In this document: positions 18,901 through 28,462 of the stretch, one piece after another
How the letters are laid out: each line of letters begins with the position of its first letter
How positions within the stretch are numbered: position 1 is the first letter of the stretch
From: a virus
Taxonomy: Duplodnaviria > Caudoviricetes
IMG/VR virus record: IMGVR_UViG_3300045733_000243
Span: 1-52,351 of that record
Strand: one strand, 5' to 3'
DNA length: 52,351 bases
Notes under the pieces: model-generated
The model's input: only the letters and a program-made list of their open reading frames with translations
What the model was told of the DNA's origin: nothing
The model's database searches: none
Position numbers and translations under genes: made by a program

Positions 18901-20265
18901 CCTCACGTTTTAAACACGCTACAGGGAGCTCTCACCGGGCTCATCCGGGCGGTGCCTGTCGTTATCCCAAGGCTGATCGGGGGCATCACTCAAGGCGTTG
19001 CGCTTATCAATCAGTACATCCCTGTCGTGGTTGACAAGATCGTGTCACTGCTTCCCAAGGTTGTTGGGTTCATTGCTACGGCTATGCCCAAGATTATGGC
19101 GGTGGTGATTGGCGCAATCCCCGGCATTGTTGCTGGCTTTGCCAAGATTGCCGGGCCGCTTGCTGTGGGGCTAGTCAAAATTGGCGCCGTCCTGGCGTGG
19201 GAGATTGCGAAGGCGGTCCCGCAAATCGTGTGGGGCGTCGGCAAGGAACTCGCCAAGCTTGGGATTGAACTGGCGAAGACTGGACCAGCGATTGTCGCCG
19301 CAGCCATATCATCGGCAGGGGCGCAGACTTGGGAGGCGGTGAAAGGCGCTTGGGCGTGGACGAAGGATATTGGCACTCAGGCAGGGAACGCCATCAAAAG
19401 CATTGGGGCTGAGTTTATCAGCGCCATCCAATCGCTTCCTGGTCAGGTAGCGGGGGCAATTTCTAGCGCAATCTCGGGAATTGGCGCGAAGATTTCGGCG
19501 GCGCTGGCCAGCCTCAACCCGTTCGGGGCGGCGGCTCCGGCTCCGGCTGCGCCTGCGGCTGGGGTCCAACAACAGTCCGCCCCGGTCGCCCCGGCAGTGC
19601 CGAACGTGACGAAAGCCAGCTTCGTTCCGCAGGTGGCTCCCGTTATGCCCAAGGTCACGAACGTATCGAATGTGACCAAGCAGGCGGTGACGCCAGCGGC
19701 GCCCTCCGTGCCGAAGATCACGAATGTCGTGCCGTTTGCACCACGTCCGCCCATTGTTGCGCCGCAGGTTCTGCCCGTGGCGTATCGCGATAAGCAGCCT
19801 GTGGCGCCCGTGAAGGTTCCGCAAGCGCCTGCCTCAATCGTCAACGTGGTCAACAAAACCCAGGCGTCTCCGGTCAAAGTTGCATCTCCACAGGTGAAGG
19901 TGGTCCCTGAAATCCCGCAGGTTGCTCCGAAGGTGACGAACGTCTCCTACATCACCCAGGGGAAGCAACCGGCGTCGGTCGTTGTCCCGGAAATGCCCCG
20001 GCAACAGCAACAGTCTGTGACGAACGTGCTCAACACCACGCCAAGGCAGCAGATTAGCCCGGTGGATGGCGTCACGACGCGCCAGCCAAGGCCACAGACT
20101 GTCACGGTCAACACGACTGTGGTGAGCATGCTGGACGGGCGGAAGGTGGCCCAGTCGGTCACGCAAAGGCAGGTGGATGCGATGCGGTATCAGTCCAGCG
20201 TTGGGCCGCAAGATAATAGAGGAACTTGGGCTAGTCCTTCGGCACAAACGGGAGTGGCGGTCTGA
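15979..20265 (+). CDS. tape measure protein
   Basis: Longest ORF (1428 aa), Ala/Gly/Ile-rich amphipathic repeats with periodic W/F, LDGRKVA C-terminal motif; synteny. Confidence 0.92.
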   Translation: MSSPYHIALEIALHDGASSGIAGIARQMLGLQGSVDKVTKGFDAIKIGILGVASVMAGGAILHGMGGIVDKGNELVRVQQAMKLAGVDALQVQEATNKAWEQTGKYLNVSSVDVLKMINDSRMIYGDQVEATHKIEPFVRSAAILKAINPEKGGEHADAIRGEMFAAIKSGELAGKLTTKEMGEHVDHLTAMKVAFGEQISISQYLTAQRAAGVSMRNVDDNFRYGVFPALVQENGVNAGTMLMSAYNKVVAGVGWRTKAAEEGVNFGLIDPKQVEYAKSGHIKGLTSADAIRGNKLAAVNPLTWTDQVLAPLMANYIKKRKIHDPLHKKIAEGQEISRLFPDRNVAKTYTELLQQSKKLHKDESYSNLAYKSVASGGDEYLQKNLDYQQQAFHAQWKGFLVALGSPLVPAAAASLASINKAMAGVTAWASVHPDAIQAIGIGLASLATGLVSAGAIMVGGVVVSALAMAGPLVLAIGGIASAVVGLGAVLWSALPGEGYTGDGTKGEKWLERRRSAMRHGDGILAQMWNGLSDKVASVPDIASGAVARIATTFQHIGGGLSAAVDGVINAGTVVAGRISAAFPQIMASIIGGIQAVPDLAGGALQRATSMLQAIREGIPAAIGGLADGGGNAISAVVASVSRVATGVWQTIETLGAEIAKAVPQLATNVAKALPALASELVATGAALATAIGAVIGRIDFASIWDAVAATAKAGAEAVKGQIAGAWDFAKTLPAMLATSIAAVGDGIAVAVQNLPAVIAGASGIVGRLISSGLATLWDAAKSAAESGAGLVRGIAMDAWGFIKTLPATIATSIGSIGEGLAASMQGLRGRAVAAISGMMQFALEGAKGALAGAKDWAVGMFPGLGGMFENIQKQITAGLSHVQGLAMTGLSWVQDGMPGLGEGILAAFDGVRGFLSNAVGGLYQWFTGMAPNLSGAFASFGGIASQVAAALGAVKDRLLDGLVALPGFIGRAIPHVLNTLQGALTGLIRAVPVVIPRLIGGITQGVALINQYIPVVVDKIVSLLPKVVGFIATAMPKIMAVVIGAIPGIVAGFAKIAGPLAVGLVKIGAVLAWEIAKAVPQIVWGVGKELAKLGIELAKTGPAIVAAAISSAGAQTWEAVKGAWAWTKDIGTQAGNAIKSIGAEFISAIQSLPGQVAGAISSAISGIGAKISAALASLNPFGAAAPAPAAPAAGVQQQSAPVAPAVPNVTKASFVPQVAPVMPKVTNVSNVTKQAVTPAAPSVPKITNVVPFAPRPPIVAPQVLPVAYRDKQPVAPVKVPQAPASIVNVVNKTQASPVKVASPQVKVVPEIPQVAPKVTNVSYITQGKQPASVVVPEMPRQQQQSVTNVLNTTPRQQISPVDGVTTRQPRPQTVTVNTTVVSMLDGRKVAQSVTQRQVDAMRYQSSVGPQDNRGTWASPSAQTGVAV

Positions 20266-21014
20266 TGGCGGTTCTCACTCTCGGTGGAATAGTCTTCGAA
20301 GAGTGGGAACTCCCCGAAGAAGTTCCACTCGGCGGCAAGCAGGCCGGGAAGGCTCACAAGCTCCCCGGTGGCGTCCGCATCTTCGACGCGCAAGGGCCGG
20401 ACGATGATGATCCAAGTTGGAAGGGGCGTTTCCGTTCCAACTCCGCTCTTGGACGGGCGCAGCAAATAGACGCCATGCGGCGTGAAGGGTTGCCGCATGA
20501 TCTCGAAGTGCTTGGACTAAGTTACACAGTAGTTATATCTCAGTTCAAGTTCATCATTCGTAGAGCATACGAGGTGGACTATGAAATTACTCTGTTTATC
20601 CTTGAAGACAACTCCCAGGGCCTAGACTTCCTGGATATCTTCGGCGCTCTCGATGATCTTGTGGGCGGCGATCTATCCGTAGGGCTCGGCGCGCTCGCGG
20701 GGCTGAGCGATGTAATCGACGCCGCATCCTACGGGATCAACACCGCAATCAGCGTGACTCCTCTGGCTGGGGCCTCGCTTTCGGCCTTGGCTCCCGTGAA
20801 GACGGCGGCGCACACGCTGAACCGGGCGATTGACTCCGCGATCGATCTCACCGACGCGGCGATCATGGGCGACCCCTACGGCGCTGACCCTCTGGAAACC
20901 GGCGCGGCTGGTCTGGCCTCCACGCTGGCGGCCATGTCCCGGCAGTCATCCTTGCTGGACGGCTCGGCCTATGTCGGGCGGGCCATCGTCAACATAGACA
21001 ACGATCCAGGCTAA
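20265..21014 (+). CDS. tail tube initiator/baseplate hub-associated protein (putative)
   Basis: LTLGGIVF...PEEVPLGG.Q..H.LPGG motif; directly after the tape measure gene. Confidence 0.65.
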   Translation: MAVLTLGGIVFEEWELPEEVPLGGKQAGKAHKLPGGVRIFDAQGPDDDDPSWKGRFRSNSALGRAQQIDAMRREGLPHDLEVLGLSYTVVISQFKFIIRRAYEVDYEITLFILEDNSQGLDFLDIFGALDDLVGGDLSVGLGALAGLSDVIDAASYGINTAISVTPLAGASLSALAPVKTAAHTLNRAIDSAIDLTDAAIMGDPYGADPLETGAAGLASTLAAMSRQSSLLDGSAYVGRAIVNIDNDPG

Positions 21015-21017
21015 GAC

Positions 21018-21251
21018 ATGTCAGCAAACGTCCAAATTCCGGCGCCGCAGACGCTCCGAAAGGTCATCGTCTGCGGCGGCAACCTCTTTGACTTGGCTCT
21101 CGCCCACCTTGGCGACCCGCTTCAGTGGACACGCATCGCCGCGCTGAACGGGCTCGGGCCTGACCCGTGGTTGCCTGCTAACGTGATGCTCGAATTGGCC
21201 ATCCCGCCGACGAACACCAAGTTGCAGGCAAACGGAATATTGGGGGCATGA
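21018..21251 (+). CDS. LysM-like baseplate protein (P2 gpX-like)
   Basis: NLFDLA..HLGDPLQWTRIAALNG...L.IP. Confidence 0.8.
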   Translation: MSANVQIPAPQTLRKVIVCGGNLFDLALAHLGDPLQWTRIAALNGLGPDPWLPANVMLELAIPPTNTKLQANGILGA

Positions 21252-21252
21252 G

Positions 21253-22392
21253 TTGGCTTTCGAAACATCGATGGTGCGCAAACCGCGCGCCTATCTTGTG
21301 TTGGAGGGCGTGCGGCTACTCTGTTCATCCGCATCGGTCACCAACTCATCGACCCGGAACAGCGACACCTTCAACGCGGAAATCTCGCTCGGCTATTCAG
21401 AGGGCGAAGGTTTCGACGCGGCATGGTGGTCCGAGCAAGACGACATGCCCGCCGATGTGATTTTCACGGTGGATGGCACGGGCGGCGAACGCGTGATGAT
21501 CACCGGGCAGGCCGACGAGATCGATATTGATTTCGTCAGCCGGACGGTGACTGTCACAGGCCGCGACAAGTCCGCGAAATTGAGTGAAAAACGCCGCAAT
21601 CAGAAATTCAACAACCAGAAGGCCAGCGACATCGTTTCGCAAATCGCCTCTGACAACGGCCTGACGCCAGTAATCGACACAACGGACGACGACGCGGGCA
21701 AGGAATACAACCAGGACACCGCGCACCTTGCTTTGAACGCCACGGACTTTGAGACGCTGTCCGCCCTGGCTGAGCGCGAAGGTTGCCGCTGGTATGTCCA
21801 GGGTGACGAGCTTCACTTCGAACCGAAGGATATCGACGGCGATGTGTACGAGATACACTATCGCCCCCCGTCTGAATTTGAATACATGTCCGCCAACTTC
21901 GTCAGCCTCAAAGCAAAACGCAATCTCCGCGCGTCAAAGACGGCCAAGGTCAAGGTGAAGTCCTGGCATCCGAAAGACGCCAAGACCTACGAGCACGAAG
22001 AAGAGGCGGCTGGCGGCGGTTCAGAAGCGCTCGAATACCAACACCAAATCCCGATGCTCGATCAGGCGCAGTGTGAGAAGGTCGCCAAGTCAAAGCTGAA
22101 GGACGTGATCCGCCACGAGATGTCGATAACCGTGAACATGCCCGGCGATCTCGACATTGACGTGACGCAGAAAATCTTGCTGACGGGAACCGAGACGGCT
22201 TTCGATCAGGAATACGCGATTGATCACATCGAGTTTTCCATTCATGACGACGGCGCTTTCGATATGACCATCAGCAACAAGGCTCCCAAGAAGGGGCGCG
22301 GCAAGAAGGGCGGCTCCGGCTCCAGCACGTCCAAGGCGGACGCGGAAAAAGCTTGGGCTGACGGCACCAAAGCCATTGAGGACGCGAAATGA
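21253..22392 (+). CDS. baseplate hub (P2 gpD-like)
   Basis: VTGRD, F.NQKASDIV..IA..GL, TDFE.L..LAEREG motifs; synteny. Confidence 0.85.
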   Translation: MAFETSMVRKPRAYLVLEGVRLLCSSASVTNSSTRNSDTFNAEISLGYSEGEGFDAAWWSEQDDMPADVIFTVDGTGGERVMITGQADEIDIDFVSRTVTVTGRDKSAKLSEKRRNQKFNNQKASDIVSQIASDNGLTPVIDTTDDDAGKEYNQDTAHLALNATDFETLSALAEREGCRWYVQGDELHFEPKDIDGDVYEIHYRPPSEFEYMSANFVSLKAKRNLRASKTAKVKVKSWHPKDAKTYEHEEEAAGGGSEALEYQHQIPMLDQAQCEKVAKSKLKDVIRHEMSITVNMPGDLDIDVTQKILLTGTETAFDQEYAIDHIEFSIHDDGAFDMTISNKAPKKGRGKKGGSGSSTSKADAEKAWADGTKAIEDAK

Positions 22393-23000
22393 TTGCCACA
22401 GCAGAGTTGCTGGAAATGATCCGGCGAGAAGCCGCAGCGGCGGCCCAACGCCAGCACGGCGCTGTCATGTCCGTCACGAGCTACGATCCGGACCGCCACG
22501 CGGTGAAAGGCACGCTCCACCCGCACGACGTGGAAACCGGCTGGGTGCCTGTTGGGACACTCGGTGTGGGGGATGGCTTCGGCGTCGTGGTCGGCCCATG
22601 CATCGGCGATCAGCTATCCGTGGAGTTTCAGAACGGCGACCACAACACGCCCATCATCAAGCAGCGGTTGTTCAGCGACAAGGCCAAGCCTCCCAGGGTT
22701 GAGAGTGGCGAGGTGATGATCATCACCAAGTTCGGCCATAGGATTTTGCTGACCAAAGACGGCAAAATGGTGATTGAGGCTAAGAACGACACGCAGTTCA
22801 ATGTCACTGAGGGCAAGCTTGACATCACCATTAAAGGCGACACCACGATAAAGACTGACGGCAAGCTTGACATCGAAGCCAAGGGCGCAACAACGCTGAA
22901 GTCTGACAGTACTCTTGACATCAGTAGCGTTGGTGAGATGAATATTACTTCAACCGGCCCAATCAATATCATTGGTATGCCCACAACTATCGTCAGCTAA
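22389..23000 (+). CDS. baseplate spike (gpV-like)
   Basis: SYDP...ETGWVP...P.IGDQ OB-fold followed by 8-residue beta-helix repeats. Confidence 0.85.
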   Translation: MIATAELLEMIRREAAAAAQRQHGAVMSVTSYDPDRHAVKGTLHPHDVETGWVPVGTLGVGDGFGVVVGPCIGDQLSVEFQNGDHNTPIIKQRLFSDKAKPPRVESGEVMIITKFGHRILLTKDGKMVIEAKNDTQFNVTEGKLDITIKGDTTIKTDGKLDIEAKGATTLKSDSTLDISSVGEMNITSTGPINIIGMPTTIVS

Positions 23001-23023
23001 ATTCACCTCGCGAGGAAGCAACC

Positions 23024-23386
23024 GTGGACATAGACCATCTGTGGGGTGGAGACCTTGCTGTCTCCGCCACTGGCGACCTTGCGCTTGTTGACGGCTCAGA
23101 CCTCACACGGCAACGAATTCTCCGCCGTCTCATGACCGCGCGCCACGGCTACATCTGGCACCCGGAATACGGCGCGGGCGTCCCGCAAATGATCGGCTCA
23201 CCTCTCGATCCGGCCTCGGTTCGGGCTACGGTCCGCGCTCAAATCATGATGGAACGGGCGGTCGCACGCAATCCTCTGCCGCAGATTGAAATAAGCAAGA
23301 TCACATCCGGGCTGTATTGCCACATTACTTTCTGGAACGCTGACACGGGCGCGCAAGAAGTGCTCCAATTCGACTATTCACTATAG
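23024..23386 (+). CDS. baseplate wedge gpW/gp25-like
   Basis: GDL...QRILRRL.T..G.YIWHPEYGAG. Confidence 0.85.
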   Translation: MDIDHLWGGDLAVSATGDLALVDGSDLTRQRILRRLMTARHGYIWHPEYGAGVPQMIGSPLDPASVRATVRAQIMMERAVARNPLPQIEISKITSGLYCHITFWNADTGAQEVLQFDYSL

Positions 23387-23397
23387 GGCGCGCATCC

Positions 23398-24522
23398 ATG
23401 GCTTTACAGTTGAAGAACTTCAAGCGGCTGGTGCAAGACCAAGCCGCTGCTATACAGGCGCGTGCGTCCAATCTCCTCAACTTCACGAAGGGCTCGATCC
23501 TCCGGGCTGTCATTGAGAGCAACGCGGCCATCGTCCTTTGGCTGGAAAGCCTCGTGCTCTACGTGCTGTCCCTGACGCGGGCCTCAACATCGGTCGGGCC
23601 GGACCTCGATAGCTGGATGGCGGATTACAACTTCGAGCGGCTCGGGGCCGGGACCGCTGCGGGCTTCGTGACATTCTCACGCCTCACGCCAACTGCGGCG
23701 GGCTTCGTCCCAACCGGCGCGATCGTCATGACGCAGGACCGGGCGCAACGATATACGGTACTCGCGGACACGACTAAACCCACATATAGCGTCGCACTCG
23801 GCGGATACACCATCGCCCCCTCCATCGCAGACATCACAGTCCCTATCCAGGCGCAGACAGCCGGATCAGCGGCCAACGTGGTCACTGGCGCCATCACAAC
23901 GATATTCGGCGCAATGCCCGGCATCGATAGCGTGGCCAACGACGAAGCGATCACGGGCGGGGCGGACGCGGAGACTGACGAGCAATACCGGGAGCGGTTC
24001 CATCTCTACGTTGCGTCGTTTTCCAAAGCAACACCACCCGCTGTCGGTGAAGCCATCGACAAGATGCGGCTCGGCATCAGCTACACGATCACGGAGAACA
24101 AGACCCCGTCCGGCGTGGCGCGTGAGGGATACTTCTATGTCGTGGTAGACGACGGCTCAGGCGCGCCATCTGACGACATTTTAACCGCCGCGTCCAAGGC
24201 GGTTGAGCGCGTTCGACCTCTCGGGATTACATACGGCGTATTCAAGCCGGAAATTGTCAATGTCTACATTGATATGACGCTCGAAATCAAGGCGGGCTAT
24301 GACGCTAACGCGGTCAAGGCAAGTGTTGGCACGGCCATAGCGGCACACGTCAACGGCCTCACGCTCGGGAATAGTCTGTATTTCAACAAGCTTTCTCAGG
24401 TTGCATTTGATGCTTCAAACGGCGTCAAGAACGTTACTGACCTGTCTCTGAATAACGGCATGTCTGATATTTCAGTTACGCCTCGTCAAGTCATAAAAAC
24501 ATCGGCTGTTACAGTCAACTGA
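23398..24522 (+). CDS. baseplate J-like protein
   Basis: GPDLD, GGADAETDEQYRER and VRPLG motifs. Confidence 0.92.
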   Translation: MALQLKNFKRLVQDQAAAIQARASNLLNFTKGSILRAVIESNAAIVLWLESLVLYVLSLTRASTSVGPDLDSWMADYNFERLGAGTAAGFVTFSRLTPTAAGFVPTGAIVMTQDRAQRYTVLADTTKPTYSVALGGYTIAPSIADITVPIQAQTAGSAANVVTGAITTIFGAMPGIDSVANDEAITGGADAETDEQYRERFHLYVASFSKATPPAVGEAIDKMRLGISYTITENKTPSGVAREGYFYVVVDDGSGAPSDDILTAASKAVERVRPLGITYGVFKPEIVNVYIDMTLEIKAGYDANAVKASVGTAIAAHVNGLTLGNSLYFNKLSQVAFDASNGVKNVTDLSLNNGMSDISVTPRQVIKTSAVTVN

Positions 24523-24534
24523 GGGTTTCCCGAC

Positions 24535-27500
24535 ATGACGACGGCGACGGAAATCCTCGCTCGGCTCAAAGCCGTGGCGCCGAAGTGGTTCGGCTATGCC
24601 GACACGCCAATCATTGACGCGGTGCTTTCCGGCGCTGCTGTGGGCGCGGCGGATATCACAGGCCAGCTTGACGACGTGCATCTACAGACGCGCATCCGGA
24701 CGGCGACCGGCGCTAACCTCGACATGATCGCGGCTGACTTTTTTGGCCGGCGCATCCGGCGCAACCGCAATGAAACGGACGGCAGCTTTCGGCGGCGCAT
24801 CCTGGCGGAGATTTTCCGCGAGCGAGCAACCTTGGCTGGGATGAAGAAGGCGCTTCTCGACCTCACCACGTTCGACGCGCGCATCTGGGAACCGGCCAAG
24901 CCCGCGAACGGCGGCGGCTATTCGACGGGCCGGGGCGGTTACAACTACGCGGGGGCCTATGCCTCGCTGCAATACCCATCGCAGGCGTTCATCACGGTTT
25001 ACAGGCCACTCAACGTCACCAGTGTGCCCGGAATTAACGGATATTCCGGGGTAATCGGTGGCTATGGCGTCGGGCGCAGCCAGTATGCGCGCATTGAAGA
25101 CTCCATCGGGGCCATCGAAGACGCAACCATTCATGACACCGTGGTCAACGTTGCTCCTGCGGGCGTCCGTTGCTGGGTGAACATCCTCAGTTCGGCGGCG
25201 CTACGGAACATTGAACTGCCGTGCAACTGGGCGTCTCGGCTGGACTCCTTGATCACCATTCAGACCACGCGCAGCTTTGCGGCTGGCTGGACGGCGGGCG
25301 GAAGTGCTTCCCTCACCATGCTGGTCGGCAACCTGTTCGCGGTCTCTTGGTCGGCTGGCACGGACGTTTATGTCAACATCGGCGCAGGCAACCTCCCCCA
25401 GGGCGATTGGTCAGCGATTGGCAACGTCAGCGCCAGCGTCCAGACCTCGTGGAGCCCGGCTGTTGCATGGGGCGCACAGGGCAACGCAACTGCGGGCCTC
25501 GATGTGGAGCGCCTGCTGTCGGCTGCATGGACGCCGCAGGGCAATGCAAGCGCAACACTGGCGTCTTCGCTGGATATGGCCAACGCGTGGACATTGGCCG
25601 GAAACACGACCGTCAACGTCTCCTTCGAGCGCCTGGTCATCAACGGATGGGCGGCGTCGGGCAACGCAACGGGCAATATCCAGGTAACCCGCAATCTCGC
25701 GAGCGCCATGACTGCGGGCGGCAATGCGACGGCCGTCATTCCTGACTTCATCGGGAGTGATTGGGCGGTCGGCGGCGATACATCCATCGCCATGACTTAC
25801 GGCACAGCGACGATCATCACGTCGGGCGCCACGACCACATGGACTGTCCCGGCTGGGGCAACGGGCCTCCAGGTTGAGGCTCTCGGGGCAGGCTCGGACG
25901 GCATCAGTAGCGCCTACGCTGGCGGCGGCGCGGCTTATGCCCGGTCGAACAACATCCCGGTTACCCCAGGATCAACGGTTTACCTGTCCATCGGGCAAAC
26001 ACCGATTGCGGCCATGCCCGGATATGCTGGCCAGATGGGCGGCGGTGGCGGCGGCGGCGGCGCAGGCAACCAGAGCGCGGGCGGGGTCGGCAGTTCTGAC
26101 GCGACTTTTGACAGCAGCCACGGTTGCGGCTCAGGCGGCGGCGGCGGCGGCGGGTCAGGCTACGGCGGCGGCGGCGGCAACGGCGGAACTGGCGGCGGAT
26201 ATGGCGGCGGTGGCGGCGGGCGAGGTGGCAACACTTCGACCGGCAGCGGCACGGCTGGTGCGGGCACGGCTGGTCTCATTGTTGCGACATACAGCGGCGC
26301 GCAGCACTTCTACGCGTCCGGAGCGGGGAACTTCGTTGTCCCGGCTGGCGTCACGGCCATCCAGTTTGAGTGTCTTGGTGGCGGCGGTAATGGCTCTACG
26401 GGCAGTTCAGCCATCAACGGCGGCGCGGGCGGCGGCGGCGGCGCGTACTCGATCACGAACAGCGTCACAGTCGTTCCGGGCGGCACGGTTTACTACTCGG
26501 TCGGCGGCGCCGGGACGCAGTCATGGGCGCGATACGCCACGAACGGCGCGCCAACAGGCACATCCGATGGCTGCTTGGCTAAAGGTGGAAGTCCGGCGTC
26601 CAATTACACGGGCGGTGCGGGCGGCCTCGCCTCGACCAGCATCGGCGACACGAAATACGATGGCGGCGCGGGTGGCGCGGGAACTAACAGTTCTGGCGGC
26701 GTAGGCGGCGCGGGCGGCGGCGGTGGGTCGGCCGGGCCTTCGGGCGTTGGCCAAGCTGGCGGCGCGGGAACGTTCGGCCTCACGGCATCCCATTACAATG
26801 CGGGCGGCGGCGGCGGCGGCGGCGCGAACGGAGGATCGTCAACCGCAGGCGCGGCATCAACGACCGGCTCTACAAACGGTGGTCGCGGCGGCGTCGGTGG
26901 CGCTGGAAACAGCGGCGTCGGCGGCGGCTTTGGCGGTTGGGTTGGAGGTCACTCCACCTGGGTCAACGTCAACCGCAACAACTGGCCAACGGCGGCGTCT
27001 GAGGGCTGCTTGGCTGACGGTGGCATCGGCTACAACCCAGCGTCTTCGGGTGGCTTGGCTGCCAAATGCATCGGCGACGTTGCCTACTCAGGTGGCGGCG
27101 GCGCTGCATACAGCGGTTCCGGATATGGCGGCGGTGGCGGCGCGGGCGGGCCATCGGGCACGGGCAAGGACGGCGCTACGGGCCACACCACGTATGGCGG
27201 CGGCGGTGGCGGCGGCGCGAACGGAGGATCGTCAACCGCAGGCTCGGTTGCTGTCTCCGGCGCGGGCGGCGCAGGCGGCGCAGGCACGGCCGGAACCGGC
27301 GCAGGCTCGGGCGGCACATCGGCTGCGCATGCGGGCGGAACCGGCTCCAGTGGCGGCGGTGGCGGTGGCGCGTATCCGTCCGGCGCGGGCGGTGCAGGTG
27401 GCTCCGATACAGCGTTTGACGCAACCCACGGGTGCGGCGCGGGCGGCGGCGGTGGCTCCAGCGGTAACGGCGGCGCGGGTGGCGCTTACGGCGGTGGCGG

Positions 27501-27576
27501 CGGCGCAGGCACCACGGCAGGCGTAGGCGGTAACGGCATTGTTGTTCTGACCAGTCTCAAGACAATCACGAATTAA
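24535..27576 (+). CDS. baseplate wedge gpI-like domain fused to Trp-spaced repeats and glycine-rich domains
   Basis: N-terminal TATGANLD.IA.DFFG...R..ETD..FRRRI, then ~20-aa W-periodic repeats, then TVP..QVE.LG.G type glycine-rich domains. Confidence 0.8.
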   Translation: MTTATEILARLKAVAPKWFGYADTPIIDAVLSGAAVGAADITGQLDDVHLQTRIRTATGANLDMIAADFFGRRIRRNRNETDGSFRRRILAEIFRERATLAGMKKALLDLTTFDARIWEPAKPANGGGYSTGRGGYNYAGAYASLQYPSQAFITVYRPLNVTSVPGINGYSGVIGGYGVGRSQYARIEDSIGAIEDATIHDTVVNVAPAGVRCWVNILSSAALRNIELPCNWASRLDSLITIQTTRSFAAGWTAGGSASLTMLVGNLFAVSWSAGTDVYVNIGAGNLPQGDWSAIGNVSASVQTSWSPAVAWGAQGNATAGLDVERLLSAAWTPQGNASATLASSLDMANAWTLAGNTTVNVSFERLVINGWAASGNATGNIQVTRNLASAMTAGGNATAVIPDFIGSDWAVGGDTSIAMTYGTATIITSGATTTWTVPAGATGLQVEALGAGSDGISSAYAGGGAAYARSNNIPVTPGSTVYLSIGQTPIAAMPGYAGQMGGGGGGGGAGNQSAGGVGSSDATFDSSHGCGSGGGGGGGSGYGGGGGNGGTGGGYGGGGGGRGGNTSTGSGTAGAGTAGLIVATYSGAQHFYASGAGNFVVPAGVTAIQFECLGGGGNGSTGSSAINGGAGGGGGAYSITNSVTVVPGGTVYYSVGGAGTQSWARYATNGAPTGTSDGCLAKGGSPASNYTGGAGGLASTSIGDTKYDGGAGGAGTNSSGGVGGAGGGGGSAGPSGVGQAGGAGTFGLTASHYNAGGGGGGGANGGSSTAGAASTTGSTNGGRGGVGGAGNSGVGGGFGGWVGGHSTWVNVNRNNWPTAASEGCLADGGIGYNPASSGGLAAKCIGDVAYSGGGGAAYSGSGYGGGGGAGGPSGTGKDGATGHTTYGGGGGGGANGGSSTAGSVAVSGAGGAGGAGTAGTGAGSGGTSAAHAGGTGSSGGGGGGAYPSGAGGAGGSDTAFDATHGCGAGGGGGSSGNGGAGGAYGGGGGAGTTAGVGGNGIVVLTSLKTITN
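26815..27243 (+). repeat. 36-nt exact direct repeat (26815-26850 and 27208-27243)
   Basis: GGCGGCGGCGCGAACGGAGGATCGTCAACCGCAGGC occurs twice within the glycine-rich gene. Confidence 0.85.
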
Positions 27577-27644
27577 TCAAACAAACGGGAAAGGGCAATC
27601 ACTCGCCTGTCTTAACTGACGGGCGGGTGATTGCGCGCGAGCCG

Positions 27645-28424
27645 ATGGCAAATCTATCACTTTACTCACAGAATAAGCTTGTTGACTGGATCACCGGCAA
27701 GGCAAACATGCCAGCCAGCGCAACGACGTACTTGGCGCTGTTCAATGGCGACCCGTCCGGCGCGGGCTCGGAAGTCACGCTGACGATCTGCTCGGCGCGC
27801 ATCGCGATCTCGTCCGCCATGAGTAGCAGCACGGGCGGCGCGGGATCATCGTCGAACGCCTCCGATCTCACATGGACCACGTCGGCGCTTGCGGGCGCGA
27901 CCGTGTCCTACGTGGCGGCCTATGACGCTGTGACCGCCGGAAATCTGCTCTGGTATCGCTCCGTGACCAGCAACGCAGTGTCGGCGGGCAACATGGTCAA
28001 GATCCTGGCTGGCCAGCTCTCTGTGACCGCGAGCGGCGATCTGAGCGGCTACAGCAAGGATTACCTCGTCAACTGGATGACCGGCAAGGCGTCGTTCCCC
28101 AGCGCCACGACCCGGTATTACGCGCTCTACAACGGCGATCCGCAGGGTGCCGGTTCTGAAGTCACATCGACCATCCGGCCAGCCGGGCGCGTCGCCTTCA
28201 CAACCCTCATGTCTACAGCCAGCGGTGGCTCATCGTCCGATACCACCATGATTGACTTCGGCAACGCATCGGGCGCGGCGACCATCAGCTACACGGGCGG
28301 ATACGACGCCAGCACGGCGGGTAACTGCATTTGCTCGCATGCAATCACAGGCGGGGCGCAGTCAATCACGTCTGGAAACCCGGTCCGTGTGCCCGTGAGC
28401 AGTCAAACTGTGACAGCGTCCTAA
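27645..28424 (+). CDS. tail fibre-associated protein with two tandem homologous domains
   Basis: LS.YS...LV.W.TGKA..P...T.Y.AL.NGDP.GAGSEVT.TI...YDA.TAGN occurs twice. Confidence 0.75.
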   Translation: MANLSLYSQNKLVDWITGKANMPASATTYLALFNGDPSGAGSEVTLTICSARIAISSAMSSSTGGAGSSSNASDLTWTTSALAGATVSYVAAYDAVTAGNLLWYRSVTSNAVSAGNMVKILAGQLSVTASGDLSGYSKDYLVNWMTGKASFPSATTRYYALYNGDPQGAGSEVTSTIRPAGRVAFTTLMSTASGGSSSDTTMIDFGNASGAATISYTGGYDASTAGNCICSHAITGGAQSITSGNPVRVPVSSQTVTAS

Positions 28425-28462
28425 TCACCATAAAGTATACACCAAGATTTATGAGGTGATCT